Assembly: GCF_009914755.1 (NCBI RefSeq)
Contig: NC_060944.1
Reading direction: 5' to 3' (one strand)
From: the human T2T-CHM13v2.0 reference genome, Homo sapiens
Length of the DNA: 64,000 bases
In this document: positions 19,335 to 34,500 of the stretch, one piece after another
Position numbering within the stretch: the stretch's first letter is position 1
How the letters are laid out: every line of letters starts with the position of its first letter
Position numbers and translations under genes: made by a program
The notes under the pieces: model-generated
The model's input: the letters and a program-made list of their open reading frames with translations, nothing else
Database searches by the model: none
What the model was told of the DNA's origin: nothing

Positions 19335-20599
19335 AACAGAGCTGGCGTCCACTTTTCTAAGGTCACACAGCCAAATGCTGGCACAACAGTAAACAAACAA
19401 ACAAACAAAAAACAACCATCCCCAGGACCTGCCTCTCAGGCTGCATCCTGACCCTCCTGACATTTCTCAAATACAGCAGCAGACCTCAATACTTTTTACA
19501 AAAATCACCAAAAGCTAATCAACAACAGGCAGATAGCCCATGTCAGCCGTTGTTTCATGTGCTATTTCAGCTCCGTGTGTATTTTTTCACCCTCCCAGAT
19601 GAAAATACAGTAATTAACTCCATACAGAGGGGGGATGGAGGGAGGAAACTCCCTTTTTTTTTTCCCTTCCCCTAGACTTGAAAAGAAATTCTGGCAGATA
19701 ATTTGGCTGAACATGAAAAGGGAGAGGCTGCTTACAGCCGCCCAGATAAAGTGCTAGGTTGGTGAGGCTTTGCGGGCTAAGTTGGTTATTTCACGCCATG
19801 AAAAGCAGACATTTATCTGTTCCCATGGAGATGTGATTTCTACTAGTCAATCAGGCACTGGGGAGGTCAGACAATAGCCAGTGGTTCCCTTTTTCATCTC
19901 AAGAGACAGTCCATTCCTGTTCTATTGTAACATTTCACCTACATTTAAAGGAATCTAAATGATCTCTCCGAAATACCTGCAGACGCAGCCATTATATTTT
20001 CAAGTGATCAAAATTAGCAGACATTCCAGCTGCCTCAGAGGTAGACGGGGCGTGCCCCCCACCCCCCAGTTTCAGATCATAGGTTGTTCCAGCACCATCC
20101 TTATTTGGATAATTTTGGCTTCCACACTTGATCCTTCCCTCCTGAATAAAATAATAAGGTCATAAATTACATGTTAAAATTTGGGGAGTGGGCAGAGGAC
20201 TTCAAACAGAACATCGCGGGAGCAAGAGAACGCTGCCCAGAAGAGAGCAAAGCCCAGAACTACTGCAAGTTTGATAAACTGTAAACTTTGTTCCCGGTCA
20301 CAGGACTGGGAACCGCCTGAAAACTGCACATGCAGAAATGATTAGGGCTGTTATTTGATCTTCAGTGTTTGCTATCAATCCCAGAAAGCAGATCATGTCT
20401 ATTTGCCAAATATGTTTATTTCAGTAGGTGAATTGCAGTGTAAGCACCTAGAAACTAGGATTCACATAAGGACTTTGAAAATGATCTCCGAAGTGTCTCT
20501 TTTTCCCGCATCATTTTCACACATGCCTAAGGCAGAAGAAAACGTAACGGGGGTGGGGGGCCTTCTTCGAGCTAATTGAGAAGCAAGAGGCTATTTCCA

Positions 20600-21140
20600 T
20601 GGGATCCCATTTGAAAACGCTGTCTGAGAGGCTTTTCCAACTCTCAGAGCATATTTGAGACGCAGACTGTCAAATGTGACTTACACAGAAGGCCGTTCAC
20701 AGGATGGCAGCGTAACAGAAAACAGCAGACAGGCAAGGCCATTAAGTAACTTCATGCTTGTTAATGGGAGTCACTCAAGTGCAGCTCAACTGCGCAAGGC
20801 AGGAAAGTAAACACAAATACGACTCCTGGTTTGCCACAAGCCCGGCCTCTGTAGTGAGAGAGCTGTGACTGCGTTTCCAGCTCCTTGAAGGCAGAGAGAC
20901 TCCTGCCTTTCGGGGCGGGCGGGCTGGAACAAAGACACCAACGGGGCCACCTCGGAAAGTCTTTTTGAGCAGTTTCAGCAAATAGCATTTAAGGGAAGGG
21001 AAAAAAACTCCAATGTACTCAATAAGGTACAGTATAATATCCCATTATTGAGGAGCCAAAAAGCAGGGATTTACCGCAAACGTTTTTGGGAGCTCGATTT
21101 CTCTGGAAAGACAGGGCACGCATTTCTCATGTATCGTGGG
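20600..21140. promoter_or_regulatory. Candidate promoter/enhancer core
   Basis: Non-repetitive, CpGs retained, GC box ggggcgggcggg 20912-20923, forkhead gtaaaca 20807-20813. Confidence 0.45.
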
Positions 21141-21199
21141 CCAGTATTTGACCATTTCCTGTGACCATTTCTTTACATAATTTTCTCAGTTTAGTTTTT

Positions 21200-21930
21200 A
21201 AAAATTAAAATAGAAGTCATACCTAATCTCTTTAAAACGTTCAAACAGTATAAAATTAAGGTAAAGGAGTTGAAGTTCCTCATTCCTTTTGCTCACTCCC
21301 ACGCAGCTCATGATCTCACCAGAGATAGCTAATAACTACTTTTTAACAGTGTGAAACATATTTTCCAGACGTTTTCCATAAAATGCACATATACAAATAC
21401 ACATGCTTTGTTTTAAATACACCACTGGTATCATATTTATAGACACTGTTATACAACTTGCTTTTTTCACTTTGAGTATCGATCATGGACAATTTCCAAT
21501 GTAGGTATTTTTCTAGTGAGCTATAAATTTTGGGGAACCATGTCATACATGCTCCTGGGGAAAATTCAAATTATAGGGCTTGTGGGGAAGGGTGGGTCTC
21601 CCTCCTCCCCCGCAGACAATGACTATTAGCAGTTTGTAGTGTCTCATGCCAGAAATAGTCCACGCATAGATCAGCATATATGCATATCGAACGCTCACAC
21701 CTTTCTTTGTCTTTACACAAGTATCTTTCAGCTTGCATTTTCCACTTAAATCTCTTGGACAGCACTCTGTGTTAGAAAAACTTGATGTTTTAAGTGGTGG
21801 CATAGTATTTCTTTAAATGGTATTCCTTAATGTATTTCACTTGCCCTTTTTCACAGACTTTTTGGTGGCTTTCAGTGTTTGCTTCTACAAACAGTGCTAC
21901 AATAAGTAGTCTGGTGTGTACCCAGTGATT
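21200..21930 (-). mobile_element. Old L1ME fragments
   Basis: ccagagata...ttaacagt...ttccaga; aacttgcttttttcactt; ggcatagtattt. Confidence 0.55.
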
Positions 21931-22571
21931 CTCTGCTCAAACACACTCACTCCTTTCTGAAAGCGACTCCTATTACACCACACCTGTCCTAAAGTTGCTG
22001 TAATCCAAAGAAAAATGGATCGAATTAACTTTTTTTTTAAAACGAGGGTTTTAAGCAGAACATTATTAACCCATTAAAAATCTGTGATAATAAACTCGTG
22101 CCCTTTCCTGTGGTTTTTAGTCTCTCCTTCAGCTTGAGAGTAAGAGATTCATGAAAATGAAAAGAAAAAGTCTATCCCATCCTCACCTCCTCATCCCCTA
22201 TCAGCCATGTCAAGATCACTACATAGCATCCCATGCCTGCTTATTACAAATGCATACTTCACACTGAGTAATTCCTTTCCATCTACTCCTTTCATCTTGG
22301 GCTCAGAGAAAGATCGCAGCTCACGCTTACAACTTAGGTGCAGACTTCTGCTCTTTTTTTGTGTGCAGGAGTAAAGCCACTGGGGATTTAGAACAAAGTG
22401 TGTCCTTGGAAAGAAGTGGGTAGAATTTTGTGTGTGCAGTAGGTGGGGGAGGGAACCCCCTCCCGAGGGAGGAGTTCGATTTCATTATACAGTTGGAAAC
22501 CCGGTGAAATCATGTATACGACTGGATCTTTTCGCTCAGCGAGTGAGGTCTTTTTGTTCTTTGTCTTGCAG

Positions 22572-23085
22572 TGTGTACAGCAAATTTCTGTTGTGCCTGG
22601 GAAGAAGGAAATTTGAGTTAAAGAGGAGGCCCGCTCCATATGCCTTGTCACAAGTACACTCACTGAAACATTAATTCACGAAGAGATTGCAACAAGACCA
22701 AAACGAAAGAGGAACAGGGCCTGACAATGTTCAGAGAAGGAAAACCGAAGAAGTAACCATCCCCAAGTTAAAAATGACGTGGGGATGAAAAAATAGGTTG
22801 CCTGTTGTATTTGTCATTGAAATGCACAATCTTGTTTACTGTTTATCTTGAGACTCTGGGAGCTCTCCTGCTGCTTAGGAAAAAAGAGGCAAAGGTTTAG
22901 GAAGAAATGCTAGTCATAAGAAAGAGAGGCATTAGAAACCCTAGAGAGAATGGGAGGTGTAAATAGTATGTGGGCATTTGGCAATCACCACAAAGAAATG
23001 GGAGACAAAGGCAAGTGTCTGATGCCAGAAATCCTAAAAACTTGAGTGGAAAACCCAGACACAATAAAAATGTCCAAAAGAAAAA
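22572..23085 (+). ncRNA. Possible terminal exon of a non-coding transcript
   Basis: Strong acceptor tctttttgttctttgtcttgcag| ending 22571; AATAAA 23063-23068; U-rich tract 23106-23128; motif evidence only. Confidence 0.25.
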
Positions 23086-23391
23086 AAAGGCAAAATCCCA
23101 TGAGATCTTTTTTTTTCTCTGTGATGTTACCTAATGGAGAAAATAAAGGTGGGTTTTGCCACAGTGATCATGGTGCCGTATCCTAAAGGAAGTAGCTTCA
23201 TGATAAGCCTTCAGAGGCTCTCTCCAGGCCAGCCCCAGCCTTAGGACAAAATGGGACAATCTTGGGGGACAATTTCTTTCTCCAAAAAGGGGATGAGATT
23301 GGGCAGAAGAAACACTTGCAGGGCAGAGTTATTATCTCTCTCCCCGAAGAGTTTAATCAATTGTGGTCATTTACAGATCTCTGTCGTTGTC

Positions 23392-23415
23392 CTTTTCTCT
23401 CTCCCTCTTTCTTTT

Positions 23416-23467
<52 letters not shown>

Positions 23468-23531
23468 TTTCTTTCTTCTTTCTTTCTTTTTCTTTCTCTC
23501 TCTTTCTTTTTTTCTTTTCTTCTTTCTTTCT
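23392..23531. repeat. (TTTC)n / CT-rich tract
   Basis: Pure pyrimidine tract with a TTTC core. Confidence 0.95.
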
Positions 23532-23639
23532 GATGACTTTGCCTTGAAAGGAATTGCTTAGGAAAGAGGGAAAAGGCATTTTTAGTCAAAAGCTAAGCTA
23601 AGATCAAATTAAATCGGGCAATGGAAACCTCCTCTGGAG

Positions 23640-23890
23640 GCTGTGCAGTAGAGTGTGACACCTCCTAATTTCATGACTTGGGCAGATTGCTTCATTTTCC
23701 TACTGTAAAAAAAAGGAAAACGATAATAACAGGTAATGTTTATTGAACTCCTACATGGAATAAGTATTTTATACACAGATCCATTTCACCCTCTGAATCT
23801 AATGAGGTAGTATAATTATTATCTCCGTTTTATAGATGAGTGGAGGCTCAGATCACCCAGCTAGAAAATGGAGATAGAATATAATTCTAG
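23640..23890. mobile_element. Two opposed MIR fragments
   Basis: tgacttgggcagattgctt...ctgtaaaa; tgaggtag...ttttatagatgag...gaggctcaga. Confidence 0.6.
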
Positions 23891-23892
23891 AT

Positions 23893-24082
23893 CAGGGGTT
23901 AGCAATGACCGCCTGAGGGCCAAATTCTGCTCAGTATGTGTTTTTGTAAATAAAGTTTTATTGGAACCTAGACTTATTTGCTTATATATGGCCTGTGGCT
24001 GTTTTTCAGCTGTAATAGCAGACACTGTATGACCCATGAAACCCAAAAATTTACTCTTTACAAAAACCTTTACAGATTTTTG
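23893..24082. mobile_element. MER58A
   Basis: caggggttagcaa...tttttgtaaataaagttttattggaac; 8-bp TSD (t/a)tctagat. Confidence 0.85.
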
Positions 24083-24140
24083 ATCTAGATTATCCTAGCC
24101 CGTGCTCTTAATCTCACATATGTCCTGCTCCAAAAATACC

Positions 24141-24438
24141 TTTTTTTTTTTTTTTTTTGAGGTGATGTCTCCCTCTGTAGCCCAGGCCGGAGTGCAGTGG
24201 TGTGATCTTAGCTCACTGCATCTCCACCTCCCAGGTTCAAGCCATTCTTGTGCCTCAGCCTCCCAAGTAGCTGGGACTACAGGCCTGTACCACCACGCCC
24301 GGCTAATTTTTGTCTTTTTGGTAGAGATGGGGTTTCTCCATGTTGGCCAGGCTGGTCTCGAACTCCTGACCTCAAGTGATCCACCAGCCGCGGCCTCCCA
24401 CAGTGCTGGGATTACAGGTGTGAGCCACCACGCCTGGC
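24141..24438 (-). mobile_element. Alu (AluS)
   Basis: TSD aaaaat(a/g)cct. Confidence 0.93.
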
Positions 24439-24703
24439 TAGAAAAATGCCTCATTTTAAAAATGTGATGCTGACCAGGAAAAACAAAACTAAAATGTCAA
24501 AAGTAATAATAGTTATTAGATAACTGAATCTATTAGGGGTCCAGGAAAATTAAAAACAAAACAAAGTTTTTAAAATTTGTGTTCCCCCTTTCTCCTTTTT
24601 TTCCGCCAAAACTTGAAAATGTTTATATCCTGAATTTACAACAAAGGAAAAACCTTTTCTGCCTCATCAGCTTTATTGAAACTACATATAAATGCTTATC
24701 TAA

Positions 24704-25030
<327 letters not shown>

Positions 25031-25251
25031 TAAAGTAAGAAGCTTCCATGTTTGAATGTGATATTTACAGATAGGTAAACTGGGGATTGGCTCTTGGAAA
25101 TTGATTCGTGTTGCCATGTGAGCTAAATTGCTGTTTTCAGTGTTCTAATATGGCTTAATTTTTCATGGGTTTCCAGGATCGATGAATGTAGCCACATAAC
25201 ATATCCAGGTTTTAAAAATGTTAGTGAACAAGATTAATAATAGTATCTTCT

Positions 25252-25385
25252 GTCTGGGCACACTGGCTCACGCCTGTAATCCTAGCACTTTGGCGGCTGA
25301 GATGGGAGGATTTCTTGAGGCCAGGAGTTCGAGACCAGCCTGGTCAATAGAGTGAGACTCCTTCTCTATTTATAAAAAGAAAATT
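25252..25385 (+). mobile_element. FLAM monomer
   Basis: Left monomer with A-rich end. Confidence 0.85.
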
Positions 25386-25387
25386 TA

Positions 25388-25904
<517 letters not shown>

Positions 25905-25929
25905 CTAAGAGGAGGCCTGTGTTCGATTG

Positions 25930-26564
<635 letters not shown>

Positions 26565-26674
26565 TGAAGTGGGAGACATCGTGGTATGTTGAGAAAATAT
26601 GTTGATTCTTTATGACTTTTCCCAATTCAGGAGTCACTTAACCCTTGTCCAAGCTTGAGGGTCTTAGGTGCTGC

Positions 26675-26839
26675 TTTCTTTTTTTATTTTTAAACTTTCT
26701 ATTATTGTTATTTTTGAGACAGTCTTGCTCTGTCGCCCAGGCTGGAGTGCAGTGGCGCGATCTCAGCTCACGGCAAACTCTACCTCCCGGGTTCAAGTGA
26801 TTCTCAGCTTCCCTGAGTACCTGGGACTACAGGCATGCG
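26675..26839 (-). mobile_element. 5'-truncated Alu right arm
   Basis: TSD ttaggtgctgctttct. Confidence 0.88.
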
Positions 26840-27223
26840 TTAGGTGCTGCTTTCTAAGTGCCAAGGTTACCTGAGGGTTTGTCCTCAGGTCTATGAAATG
26901 TGGCTCTGATTTCCTAACATCTTTCTTTCTCTTTCCCTTTGTCAGACAGGGGAGCAAGGTGTTCCTCATTCATTTGTGATTGGAAACAGTAAGTTACCAG
27001 TCACTGAGTACATGCTGTGTATTGTGCTAACTGCTTAGTTGTATTACCTTATTTAATCTGCAAACAACCCAATGGAATATTGTGGAATAGTAGTCTTAAA
27101 ACAGAAGCATGCCCCCTCTATCTTCCTTTCTCCGCCATCGTGGTGTGCGCTTGACTCTGCTTCTTGCCATGTCTTCTCACAAGACTTTCAGGATTAAGCG
27201 ATTCCTGCCAAGAAACAAAAGCA

Positions 27224-27522
<299 letters not shown>

Positions 27523-27590
27523 GGAACAAAAGCGAAATCGTTCCAATCCCCAGTGGATTCAGATGAAAACTGGTAATAAAATCAGGTACA

Positions 27591-28170
<580 letters not shown>

Positions 28171-28469
28171 TCAGGTACAACTCTGAAAGGTGACATTGGA
28201 GAAGAACCTTATAGACATTGGGTCTATAAGGAATTGCACACGAGATAGCATATATTTATGCTGTATCAAGGTCATGATGATCTTACCATATCAAGCTGAA
28301 AATGTCACCACTATTTGAACCATCGGACATGTTTTATTGGGAATGTATTTTTTCTGTTTGTATGCTCTGAGCTAGCAGGCTGGGTTCAGTAATAAATATG
28401 TGAGAAATTTTGTTTGAAAAAAACAAAAAACAGGAGCATGCTGTACTGATTTAAGAGGATTAATTTCTA

Positions 28470-28605
28470 GAATCTACATGTTCATGCTTATATTTACTTA
28501 TTCCGATTCCATGTGGGTCTGGGTGGGACACGAGGATCTGCATTTTTAACTAGCTTTTGGGGGATGCCAATGCTTCTGTTTTATAGAACACACTTTGATT
28601 AGCAT
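28470..28605. mobile_element. MER5-like hAT fragment
   Basis: ggtctgggtggg...atctgcatttttaac...cacactttga. Confidence 0.6.
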
Positions 28606-28615
28606 CATTCTATAC

Positions 28616-29137
<522 letters not shown>

Positions 29138-29377
29138 GCTTAGACCAATCATGGTTCATCTCCTGGACTCATCTCCTCTGAATATATTGCTGACTAAAGG
29201 CTGAACCAGTAGGGATTCTCCTAGTCAAGGAAGACATAGGTGAGGATTCCTGAGAAGCATGTCAATTCCTGTGATCTAAGCCATTGGCATGGAGCAATTC
29301 TTAGGTTATTTTTGGTGGAGGTAAGTGTTAGTGATTCCCCCACAACCTAGCTACAGTTTATCATAAAATCAAATCTT

Positions 29378-30100
<723 letters not shown>

Positions 30101-30194
30101 TGACAAAGTCCCAGCATTTTGTTCTTTTTTTCCTTTATTATTATCTTTATTATTAAATTTAATTTAGTTTTTGGCTGGAATCAAATGACTGGTA

Positions 30195-30415
30195 TATTAT
30201 TATTTTCAATTGACACATAATAGTGATACATATTCATGGGGTACAGCGTGACATTTCACTACATGTATACAATGTGTAATAATCAAATCGGGATAATCAG
30301 CATAGCCATCACCTCTAACATTCATAATTTCCTCGTGTTGTGAACATTCAGAATCCACTCTTGTAGCTATTTGAAAATATAAAATAAATTGTTGTTAATG
30401 ATAGTCATCCTATGT
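30195..30415 (-). mobile_element. L1MA 3' end
   Basis: aattgacacataat...catattcatggggtacagcgtga...gctatttgaaaatata. Confidence 0.85.
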
Positions 30416-31097
30416 ACCCTATACAGCCTAGCACTCCGTTCTTATAGGTGCTCTGGTCACACCCTGCAGGAAGGGTGTATTCAAAGCAGGCATAACAACA
30501 TTCCAAAAGCTGGGCCCTGTGCTCTCTGGCCTGTATGAGGCAATCAGAAATTCTCTTAAACCAGTGACTGGAACAGAATCAGTTAGTGAATGAGGCAGGG
30601 AAGGGTATAGGTGAAGGGTAAAGGGTTGCATCCTGTATCACATTCTAGTCAATCTACTTGTCCTGAGTACCTTAATTCCACCAATGAAAATCCATTTGTA
30701 ATATCGTCATGCAAATTAACTAGTCACTAGTTTCACCAATAGAAACCCTATTCCTGAACTGCAGGAAGCACTCGCAATACCTGTGGCCGGAGTGTGGACC
30801 TTTCTAACATTGTGCTTGCGAACCATCCTGAACAACATATTCTTCATTGCTGATTAGCTGACCCCTCTTATTATACAGCCAAGCTTAGACTCACTGTATG
30901 GATAGTTTAGCTCGCTGATTAATTACACTGAAGTATGTTCAAGTAAAGTACAGATCTGGTAACCAACTATGTCTACTACAGGGCTTGTGGCAAGGATAGG
31001 GATGATGTGGTTAAAATCCTGGCAGACAGTGGGCACTTATTTAAAAAAAAAGAGAGGAATAAAGAGTGCTATGACTGCTGTTCAGAGAACTTGTCAG

Positions 31098-31173
31098 AAG
31101 TAAAGTAATACCAGTCTGCGTGTGTGTGTGCGTGTGTGTGTGCATGTGTGTCTGTGTGTGTGCGCATCTGTGT

Positions 31174-31204
<31 letters not shown>

Positions 31205-31205
31205 C
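31098..31205. repeat. Interrupted (TG)n microsatellite
   Basis: Seen directly. Confidence 0.92.
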
Positions 31206-32040
31206 TCTCAGCCATATGGCTTCCTGTGCTTTCTGTGCTTTTCTGATTTTACAAGGTAGAGGTACAGACAAGAAAAAGGAGGCACTGATTGGATAAGAGC
31301 TGGGTTCAAATCTAGTTTGTTGCTCACTAGCTGTGTAAGTTTGTCAGTTGCTAGGTAAGTTGTTAAAACTTTACAAGCAGTGGTGTAGCACAGCTCAAAG
31401 TAGAAAATAGTGCTGTTGGTTTTCCCCTCTGCAGTTGTCAAGAAGGGGCCTCATATGCAACATGGGGATAATGATGGTGATGATTAAGTAAGAAGGCGTG
31501 TGAGACAGAGTCTACTGCCTGCACACAGCAAGCTCTTGGTAAATGTTGTCTGCCATTATCCTCATCCCGATTTCGCAGATCAAGGCTTACAGAGCTTAAG
31601 TGATGCTCTCAAAGACAGAGGCAGAGCCTGGGAAAATAACAGCTACACAACAGTGCCACCCACACCAAAATAATATATTCCAGGGGTATGGTGAATCTTT
31701 TACCTAAGGCTTTTCTAGAAATTAAGGACACCTATCAGTGATTTGAGTCTTACATTTAAATGACAACGTTGAAAAAGTATTTAAACAGGGTCTTTGGCCA
31801 GTGTAGGCTGCATTAGATTTAAAAAAAAAAACAGTTATCCAAGTTCTTGCTTTTCTGTGTCCAGAAAGTTCTGAGATTAGGGGTCTTTATCAACTGTAGG
31901 GGGCACTTATCCTTGGTCTCCCATCTGAACCTGCTTGTTAAACTTGGGGAGTTTCTCCCCTGTTATTCTTGGTAGGAAGCAGTATTGGTTTTTCACCACA
32001 GAAACTGAAAATGTCAAAAATTGATTTCCAGTCCTCCTGA

Positions 32041-32185
32041 GGGATTTAGGGTCACCCAAATCCTGTATGATATCATCTTACTCAATTACATCTGCAAAAA
32101 TCCTATGTCCAAGAAGGTACCATTCTGAGGTTCTGGGCAGACATGAATTTTGGGAGTAGCAGGGAGACTCTATTCGGCTCTCTAC
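32041..32185 (-). mobile_element. MLT1C-like LTR fragment
   Basis: ggatttagggtcaccc...aattacatctgcaaa...ttctgaggttctggg. Confidence 0.7.
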
Positions 32186-32198
32186 GCCTACTAATAAT

Positions 32199-32448
32199 CT
32201 TTATTTATTTTTATTTTTTTGAGATAGAGTCTTGCGCTGTCACCCAGGCTGGAGTACAGTAGTGCGATCTCAGCTCACTATAGCCTCCACCTCCCGGTTT
32301 CAAACAATTCTCCTGCCTCAGCCTCTCGAGTAGCTGGGATTATAGGCAGCCGTCACCACACCTGGCTAATTTTTATATTTTTAGTAGAGACAGGGTTTCG
32401 CCATGTTTAATGTGAGAAATATTTCATGCCTGTAATCCCAGCACGGCC
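32199..32448 (-). mobile_element. Alu with rearranged left arm
   Basis: Normal to 32407, then inverted patches. Confidence 0.9.
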
Positions 32449-32480
32449 TATATTTCTCACATTTAATGCGACCTTTGTAT

Positions 32481-32787
<307 letters not shown>

Positions 32788-33049
32788 GATCTTTGTATGT
32801 TTCTTTGTGGATATATTGATGTATCAGATGGTACAGGGAGTGCTGCCCCGACCCCGCTGGAGGTGCAATGTAATATCAGATATAGGCACCGCATTACATT
32901 TCTAAAATATAAAAAGTGTAGAATTCCAAAGTGTATTGGGCTATAAGGGTTTGGATAATAAATTTGGATGTATATTTTACGTCATTTTAAAGCTGAGGAA
33001 TAGAGACACTAAATACCAGCGCCGGTGAGTGACAGTGCCTGGACTGGAA

Positions 33050-34469
33050 TCCAGGGATCGGAGTTCTGAGTTGAGTCTCTAACCACTAGGCTCTCTTAAG
33101 AGAGGTAGACTGATGCTTATTAACTGCATGAACGAAGGAGTAAAGGAGGCTGACTGGGCCTTGTTCCAATTCCTGGGCTGTTTTGCCTGCTGCTAGGGAG
33201 ATTCCTATCTTTCTCTGGCAGAACATCTTTCTAAGCCCCGTGCTGCAGCTGTAAGTGTGCGTGCGAAACATGCATGGACACACACCACACACACACAGAC
33301 TCACACCTTGGAGAGGAGCTGCATGCTGTTATATTTCCTGGAGCTTTGTGGCTGCCTGTTGTTTCAGCGATCTCATCTTTATGAATGAGGCGACAGAACC
33401 CACTAGTAACCAGGCGAGGGAGTGAAAACAGATGCTTTTCCAGCCAGGCAGGGCTGTGCTGAGCAGTTTGTCACTGGTTAAACCTCTGTCTCCATCAAGA
33501 CACACTCCCTGTAAAAAATGATTACCGTTCTCTCTCTCTGACTTTAGGAACTGCTCCGGTCCTGAAAACTCAAAGTCACAGCTAACAGGAAAAGGATAAT
33601 TTGTCTGTTGGATACTTAGACCAGAATAAGGCAATGGGGTACAGTGATGCTATTTCTGAAAGTGTGAAGGCCTAATTTCCTCCAGCCAAGAGAGGAAGTG
33701 AGCCTGCTTTGCGTGCTTGAAAGCTTCCTTGAGAGGAGGTGAGGTTGCCTCTAGAAGGCAGTGGAAAATCAACGTGGTTTTAAGTGAGCAAAAGTCTTCA
33801 AAAAAGCCTCAGGAATAAGATAGGCTATAGGTTTGGCCAAGGACAGACCATCAAGCAATATTGTTGATTGAAACACAGTTGTAGAAAGGTGAATACTGTA
33901 TGATTTCCTCTACGTTTAAAAAAAGGACATGTATCTGCACGTGTGTGTGTGTGTTTAGATGTGTAAAAATATTTAAAAAAGGACGAGAAGAATACTCTCT
34001 TACCATTAACACAGGAAGTAAATAAAAAATGGGGTGGGGGTGGGGAAAGCCATGTCAGAGGGAGAGAAGGGTGAGTTTCTATTTTCAGTCATATATACTA
34101 CAGTGTTTTTCCTTTACTTCTGTAATCTAAAATAAAAATAAATAAAGTCAACTGGCAAAAGCAAACACCCAAGCAAACAACTACATAATAAACAGAAAGC
34201 CCTTTAATTTCTAAGAATCAGGAGGCTTCAGAACATGAAAGAACTTCCTGGTTCGAGGCATTCCTCGTGAAATCATGTTTGGAAGCCAATCTGGAATTCT
34301 ACCCCGCCCGGAACGAGGTAGACTCCATAAAGCAGTATTGAAATTTCCCTGTTGAACAAAAAATAAATGTTTGATGCTTTCTCTCGACCTCTGTTTAAAG
34401 TTATTAACTCTTCTTTTATTTAACTTTTATTAAAGTTATTAACTCTTCTTTCAGCTTACTGCTGTGGTG

Positions 34470-34500
<31 letters not shown>

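Noticed and set aside
23251-23589. Phe/Leu/Ser-rich and Lys/Glu/Arg-rich ORFs
   Set aside because: Translations of the (TTTC)n tract.
33745-33763. CTCF-like cctctagaaggcagt (also gcgccctct at about 7426)
   Set aside because: At least two core mismatches; not distinguishable from chance without ChIP data.
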